Assembly: GCA_964016885.1 (NCBI GenBank)
Contig: OZ024742.1
Coordinates: 201,438,001-201,502,000, forward strand
Length of the DNA stretch: 64,000 bases
Source: Eledone cirrhosa
Lineage: Eukaryota
Direction: 5' to 3'
Below, one piece after another: positions 57,262-64,000 of this stretch. The position numbers were made by a program, and so were the translations under genes. Within the stretch, counting starts at the first letter, position 1. Every line of letters begins with the position of its first letter. Below the pieces are notes generated by a model. It did no database searches. It was not told the DNA's origin and saw only the letters and a list, made by a program, of their open reading frames with translations.

Positions 57262-57670
57262 GCGGTGGATTGGCAGTATCGGTAGAGAGTCGGACACCAT
57301 GCTTTGCAGCATAGAGTTACGGTCCTTTACGGTCTGAGTTGAAATCCCGCCGAGGTTAACTTTGCCTTTCATCCTTAAGGAGTCAATAAAATAAAGCCCC
57401 AGTAACGTACTAAGATCGATTTAATCGACTTACCCCGCCCCCCAAATTATTACATTGTGCCTATGCTAGAAATTATTATTCATAGTTGTATTGGCAGTAT
57501 CGGTAGCGGGTCGGACGGCATGCTTTCCAGCATAGTTACGTCCCTTTACGATCTGAGTTCAAATCCCGCCGAGGTTGACTTTGCCTTTCATCCTTACGGA
57601 GTCGATAAAATAAAGTACCAGTAATGCACTGTTTAATTGCTGGCCTTGTGCCTAACGTAGAAACAATTAT
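57262..57670 (+). mobile_element. Two head-to-tail SINE family A copies
   Basis: Long variant (about 57262-57480), then short variant (about 57490-57670). attcatagttgtat-like repeats flank each unit. Confidence 0.88.
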
Positions 57671-58149
57671 TCATTGTTGTATAAAATACATTACAAATTG
57701 TTTATAAATTTTGCAGAATGAAAATATAAACACAAATATAAACATACAAATACAATCAATTTTTGCGAGAAACCTCACAAATATGTTGCACAATATATAT
57801 GATTCAAGCGATAGAAAAAGAAAAAAAGGAATACTCAAAAGCAAACATCAATTTGTTTAGTCTGAAGTTTGTTTATCATTATCATCAATTATAATAAGAG
57901 CGAATGTGTGTATATTTATATATTAGTAATACAAAATAAAAAAGGGAAACAAACGGGAAGAATGAATGGGGGAATATAGAAAATAAAAGAGAGAAAGAAA
58001 AAAGAACGGGAAGGAGAGGGGATGGCAAAAGCTCTGGTGTTGCAGAAGAGAGGGGAGGGGTGACGAGGGAGGGTGATTGGGTTTTGAGCCTAGGCCAAGA
58101 GGGCAGAACTACTGCGCCCCGCTGACAAGACTGTAAAAACCCGGCCGGT

Positions 58150-58800
58150 GGGGAGAGACACCCGCTGCAACAACAAAAAGAATCGGTGTTTCCCTGAGGC
58201 TCGGCCTCCGGATCTGCCAGCCACACCAATGTCGCTGCGGTTCCACCGTGGACTCTTTCGGCCTCCACCTGCTTTCCTGTCGCCACAGTGCCGGCCGCAT
58301 TCCAAGCAATGTTGCCCTCAACGGGGTCATTAAGCATGGCTTGGACGCTGCAGGCTTCCCTTATTCCCAGCTCGAGCCGGTGGGGCTGCATCAAGGGGAC
58401 GGCAAAAGACCAGATGGCATGGCCATCTTCCCGATCCGCGGTGGCAATCCCCTCGTCTGGGATGCCACTTGCACCGACACATTCTGCAGCCGCAACCTGG
58501 TGCAGTCTGCTACTGACCGAGGTTACGCTGTACGTCGGGCTGAGGGGGCCAAACTCCTTAAATACCGGTCGCTCTCCGACAGGTTTGCGGTCGTACCTCT
58601 GGCAGTGGAGACTTCTGGTGACCGGCCCCAGGGCTACCTCCTTACTCACCACCATAGACGCTGAGCTGGCCAGCCGCAGGTGTGAGCCTCGCGATTTGGA
58701 GTGGCTTTTCCAGCGGGTCTTCCTCGTCGTCCTCCGGGGAAACGCCTTCTCCATTCTGTCCGCCAGGTCTGTGGGTGGGCCCCATCGCGTACCGTTGTAG
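58150..58800 (+). mobile_element. 3' fragment of an RLE-type (CRE-like) non-LTR retrotransposon
   Basis: ORF 58248-58664 reads LEPVGL...DGKRPDGM..FP..GG.PLVWDATCTDTF...AEGAKLLKY..L...VVPLAVETSG, followed by WLFQRV..V..RGNA. This is a restriction-like endonuclease C-terminus. Confidence 0.8.
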
Positions 58801-58980
58801 TTGTAGAAGAAACAGAAAGACAACAACTGGAAAGTTTGATTTTCCTCCTTGTGATTGTTTCATGTTTATTTTATATATATATAAGTCAGATTATAGTATA
58901 TGCACTCAAGTGAACATTGTTGCTCTGAACCCCCCCCCCCCCCCATACCAATTATGATGCTCTAACAAATGATTTACATG

Positions 58981-59051
58981 TCCCCTGCGGAGAATCAAGC
59001 CCCGGTCTTTCGCGTGACAGGCAGGGATACTTACCACTATACTACCGAGGA
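58981..59051 (-). pseudogene. tRNA-Asp(GTC) pseudogene
   Basis: Minus strand TCCTCGGTAGTATAGTGGTAAGTATCCCTGCCTGTCACGCGAAAGACCGGGGCTTGATTCTCCGCAGGGGA closely follows metazoan tRNA-Asp with anticodon GTC. The T-loop is mutated (GCTTGA for GTTCGA) and the anticodon stem is mispaired. Confidence 0.85.
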
Positions 59052-59309
59052 TTCCCCACCAAGAGCGACAATCGACCGCAAAGGTCAACAGAAATATTTT
59101 TGTCAAGCCAGCACGCTCGTATTATTACCGCAGATGATGGCGAAGCTAAGGCGCTGAAACAATGAAGCACCCTCAGGGGCATCACATGACACCACTGTAA
59201 GGCGAGCCACCAACGATGACAAGAACTTCGCTGTCAGTGACCCAGTTCTACCAAACGTCTCGAACTCCACAGGCTAGAAGTAAATTGATATGGATATATA
59301 TATATGGCA

Positions 59310-59548
59310 TTAATGTTGTTGGTTCGATTCCAGGGTTGCGAGTTGTGTTCTTGAGCAAAACACTTCATTTCACGTTGCTCCACTATACTCAGCTGAAAAT
59401 GAGTACCAGCAATAGCTGGGGGTTTAACCCTGCGATGGACTGGCGTCCTGTCCAGGGCGGAGGGCTGATTGAACTCTCAGTCGCTTCAGCCATGAAACCG
59501 GGATAAACATCGGCCAAATGAGCCTTCTGGCTTAAGACAGACTTTAGA
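59310..59548 (+). mobile_element. SINE family B (5'-truncated)
   Basis: ggttcgattcc B-box, tgtgttcttgagcaaaacacttcatttcac and cctgcgatggactggcgtcctgtccaggg. The 3' end matches the 26485 copy. Confidence 0.8.
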
Positions 59549-59591
<43 letters not shown>

Positions 59592-59700
59592 TACATATAT
59601 ACATTTATATAATACACCTGAATAACACAATAATTATGCCACATGCTAGTGTAAGCAAATAATTTACATGATATACCACATAGAGTTAATATCGGACATG

Positions 59701-60036
59701 TACTATTGGGTCCAAAATAATAGGGCGAGGAGGATAAGCAGGAGCGGGAATTGTTAATTTTTCTATGTTGTTTCCGTTGATTTTTTAACAAACCAGAATT
59801 AGTTGTTTAGTTTACATATTGAGACCCCCAACCCATCTTATTTATTTATAAAGTATGGGATTTCTTGCAATGTACTTTTTTTGTCATTTATAATGTTTTT
59901 AATGAATAAAGAAAATTAATTATTCCAAAAATGCTACCACTTAAAATAAAATTTTGCCTGAGATTAGTAAAATTTAATAAGTGGGGGTTGGAGGGGGCGG
60001 GAGGGGTGGGAGGTGATTATTCGGGACCCTGGAGTA
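59701..60036. mobile_element. Tc1/mariner-type MITE with degenerate TIRs
   Basis: Left end TACTATTGGGTCCAAAATAAT vs reverse complement of the right end TACTCCAGGGTCCCGAATAAT. TA at both ends. Confidence 0.45.
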
Positions 60037-60346
60037 CACAAAGCATACATTTATACTATAACATTTGCATGATACAAAACATATTTATAAGTTTCAAGTC
60101 GTTGGGCACCGAACCCGGCTGGTATCACAGGTACTGGATTTATTATTCAATGGCGAAGATGATGCAAGTCTACGGAGATAAATACGAGATTTAACTGAAA
60201 CACAAAATAATTGAAATCTGAGCACGATGTGCACTAAGTCACCGAACGATGCATACACACAGACAAAACATAAATTCTATTTGTCTATATAAATAGCTAT
60301 CTCACTCGCAAACTTTCTATCTATCAGTTTCTTTATCTATCTATCG

Positions 60347-60399
<53 letters not shown>

Positions 60400-60400
<1 letters not shown>

Positions 60401-60643
60401 TTGGGAGCACCCCTTCTCTGTGCTCCTGTGGAAAAGGGTTGCACACTTTTTTCGGGGGTGTGTGCGACCCCCCAAGGCGCCTCCTCTCTATTGAGGATTT
60501 TGTTATAAATTTTATTATGTTATATTTTATTTTATTTTCATATTTTGTTATTGCCTCCTCCTTATTGAGGACGCCTTGTTTTGTAAACTCCCCCCATTGT
60601 ACTTGTCCCACTTTTGATGCCCTGGTGGCAAATAAAAGAAACA

Positions 60644-60645
<2 letters not shown>
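60400..60645 (+). mobile_element. Short 3' UTR copy of the same Tx1-like family between (TATC)n tracts
   Basis: Ends tgtaaactccccccattgtacttgtcc...ggcaaataaaagaaacatatctatc, like 61540-61610. Confidence 0.65.
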
Positions 60646-60716
<71 letters not shown>

Positions 60717-60734
60717 GTCTATTCGTCATTCTAT

Positions 60735-61605
60735 AGAGGGTTGATCCGCAGCAAGTGCGACGACGCGCTCGATGAAACTCTAGGCGTAGAGGAAGACGAA
60801 CTGGCCAGTCTGTTCGGTAGGACCTTCCGCCCCGGACCGATGGACAACTTCCAAAAGTCCCTGGCCTGGCAATGCTACTGAGGAGCTCTACCAGTTCGAG
60901 ACAAGCTCTACAGACATGGGTTCCCGGGCAGGGACCCTTCGAAAAAGGTCTGTCCGAGGTGGGTGCGAGACGAAGAAACCGTCGCGCACGCATTCATACA
61001 CTACCCGGGCGTTACCAACCTGTGGGGCTATGTAGAACGAGTATTGTCGAGGGTGGGACCAATCCGGTTGACCACCGAGTCCATTGTCATGATCAAACCG
61101 CCACCCTCCTTCAAAAACGAAGGAGAGATGGTTTTCCTATGTGTGATAGCTATGGCGAAAGAGGTTGTATGGTGGACGAGGTTGAAAGGGCTGAGGTCAG
61201 ATACCTTTCTCTCCGGCCAACAACTGATTCTTTTTTTCAAATGCCACTTTGGAAGAAGAGTCAGGCTGGAGAGAGAGGTGCTGTACCCCAGCAAGTTTTA
61301 TGAAAGGTGGATGAAAGTGGTGAGATGTTCCGAGTGAATGGGCCTTCTCTCTATATCAGCCTGTAGGTTGAAGAAAAAGAGGAGGAGAGGAAAAGGGTAG
61401 AAACACTTCGTACTCCTGGAGATGAGGCTTGCACATTTTTTAGGGGGTATGTGTTACCCATATGTAATGTCTCCCCCATTGGGGAAAATCGATTAACTTT
61501 TAAATTGTATTTGTGATAGTATTTTACACGTTTTTATTGTATGTAAACTTCCCCCTTTGTATTTGTCTCCTTCTTTTGTGCCCCTGTGGCTAATAAAGAA
61601 ACATA
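60735..61605 (+). mobile_element. Tx1/L1-like LINE 3' fragment adjacent to (TATC)n
   Basis: Zinc-knuckle-like CPR...EETVAHAFIH.P.V..LW region (ORF 60963-61337), then a 3' UTR ending ggctaataaagaaacatatctat. Confidence 0.7.
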
Positions 61606-62039
61606 TCTATACATTAATATACATTAATATATTTATCCACTGAATTACTCATGTCTATAGAGAGATGGCTTTAGAGACAGACATGCATATATACACCTAT
61701 ACAAAATGAGAACGTGTATAAAAACACACAGACACATATATATATAAAAATGTGTATATCAGTGAGTGTGTTTGTGTGCGTGTGTGAATAAATATACATA
61801 CATATATCGATATACATACATAATACAAACATACATTCATACACTATACAGTCAACGCGATCAGTCGCATATTTTCGCGTGGGAGACTATTGATCAAATT
61901 TAAGATGAATACTATCTCCGACAGTAATGCCACAACTACGGACATGTTGAATAACTGGTATTCTTCTAACTATATCTTCTGAATACACCTTTTATTCGAA
62001 TTCGTAGAGATATCCGACTAAATACATAATTCATTTTAC

Positions 62040-64000
62040 AAGGATTTGCTACAAACAGCATGGCTGAACACAACATCAACAACAAAATTAAGGAAGTACC
62101 GAAGACAACCAACAAGAAAGGTAAACAAATTTTATTCAGTTGTAGCTACAGAAGAAACCGAAATTATAAATCGCATTTCTCTTGGAGTTGCGAACTTAAT
62201 AATGATTTATTTAATTGTTATAAAATGGCAAAAATCAATCCCTTCATTGGCTATATGAATAGAATGAAGCTACACTGGGACGAAATGCACCCAGAGCTAA
62301 ATTATTTCTCAGCGAAACAATTACGCCAACAAGCGACATTTGTTCAACGTAAAAATAAGATAAATATTATTAATTGTAATGTAAGTCCCCCACAACAAAC
62401 ATGGGATCAACAACACGTGCTACAGGTCGCCATGCTACTAGACTTCCTAGCAGCCAGGTCGAACAATGCCTTGAAACAACTATGCCTGTAAGAAACTTGA
62501 CATCACGTGTACCATCTAAGTCTACCTCGAATGCTGGGGAAAACACCATCGATAATAATAATAATTGAAGAAATAATAATAATAATCGAAGAAATAATAA
62601 TAATAATCGAAGAAATTTGACATCACGTGTACCATCCGAGTCTACCTCGACTGTTGTGGAAAATACTATCGATAATGATAATAATCAAAAGTATAAACAA
62701 TTGAAAATTTCCCTCAACGAAATCTTCCAGAGAGAAATTAACTCATGTATAAATATCTCTCTGGCTGAACGTGTTAAAATGACAATGGTGAATAAAAAAC
62801 CAAATAATGAAATAATACGTGTTATTGACGAAATAGGGGATGAATATTTACGACGGATAAAAACACCAACATTTTGGCAAATTAACGCCTATTTATATGC
62901 CTTAGCAACGACAGTGAAGCATTATCTTGGTGATAACAAAGATATTAACAAGGACAAAACACCACCAAAAATACCATCATATATAACTAAAATAGAAAAA
63001 AAGATTGCTGATCTACGAAAAAACATAGGACATGTGACAATGCTCCTTACATGCAAACAAACACAAAAAACCTCACTCCTCACCAACAAAAAGTGAAAAA
63101 ATAAAATAGAGACGATGTTTGGTAACAGTAGAACCAGAACTCTTCAATATAAGCTGATCACCCTCAAACAAGAATTGAGAGCTGTTAGCGAAAAACGTAG
63201 ATGAGAGAAAAGTGATTAATAAAAGATTCAGACGAAACCAAACACCAGTCTATAGAGATATGAAGAACAAAATAATAAGTGTCACTGAAGCCCCATCCCA
63301 GAAAGACATAGATTCCTTTTGGAGCAAAATATGGGGTGAAAAGAAGAATTTCAACCAAGATGCAGTGTGGCTAAGAGAAATCCGAAAGAACTATTGCTCC
63401 TACACTACAACAAATACATACGAAATAAGTGAGGGTACCCTTGAGACGGTGATTGGAAAACTCCAAGATAAGAAAACACCAGGAAGAGACATGATTGTCG
63501 GCTACTGGTACAAAAAACTAATATTCTATCGGAGGTATCTTACTGACCTCTACCAACAAGTTCTTAAGGGAGATACACTTATACCAGAATGGTTGACATT
63601 AGCAGAAAGGTTACTGGTCCCCAAGAACAAAGACACCCACTTGCCAAAAAACTACCGACCCATTGCATGCCAGACCCTGATGTATAAGATGTATACAGCC
63701 TGCCTGAACCTATTCCTCCAAGATCACTGTGAAAATAATAACATCATCACAGATGAACAAGCAGCTGTAAAGAAAGGGGTTTGGAGATGTGGTGAACAAC
63801 TCCTAATCAACAAAACTGCGATGTCGGGGGTGCGTCAACTTAGGAGGAATATGGCTACAGTCTGGCTGGTCTACAGGAAAGCTTTCGATTCTGTTCCCCA
63901 CTCTTGGATGATAGAGGCCCTCCAACTTGCTAAAGTCCCAGACATTATTGTCAAAGCCATAGAGAGGCTGTCTTCTTCTTTGACTACTATCCTAAGGTTA
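62040..64000 (+). mobile_element. R4/Dong-like non-LTR retrotransposon, decayed, running off the window end
   Basis: N-terminal GYMNRMKLHWDEMHPEL...QLRQQA. Then FWSKIWG, KTPGRDMIVGYWYKK, PKNYRPIACQTLMYKMYT, EQLLINK and WLVYRKAFDSVPHSW (RT domains 0-3), with frameshifts. Confidence 0.85.

Overview
AT-rich, microsatellite-saturated animal genomic DNA. It is most consistent with an octopus or other coleoid cephalopod, inferred from repeat composition and the dominant tRNA-derived SINE and not verified. The only convincing host coding sequence is the first coding exon of a nicotinic acetylcholine receptor subunit (39112-39321, minus strand: signal peptide to ...RLSQLLDV, then a phase-0 GTAAGT donor). 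I found no downstream exon, so 1-39111 is probably part of one very large intron and 39322-64000 is upstream/5' region. The rest is mobile DNA and tandem repeats. The main element is a ~4.7 kb Penelope-like element (decayed RT + GIY-YIG ORF, minus strand) bracketed by ~610-640 bp inverted pLTRs, each carrying a type I hammerhead ribozyme. Three further recognisable hammerheads (one from the same family) and one degenerate hammerhead-like stem lie in (TA)n tracts. Also present: RTE-, Tx1/L1-, CRE-like and R4/Dong-like LINE fragments, about 18 SINE copies, a piggyBac-type MITE dimer, mariner-type ends, a Helitron 3' end, a tRNA-Asp pseudogene and kb-scale triplet-based minisatellites. These tandem repeats and the microsatellites account for nearly all long ORFs in the track. 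Most interesting: the hammerhead/PLE system inside a putative neuronal receptor intron, an in-frame UGA at a conserved zinc-knuckle Cys of the PLE endonuclease, and a possible decayed antisense ORF in the PLE. Repeat boundaries were read by eye and are approximate.
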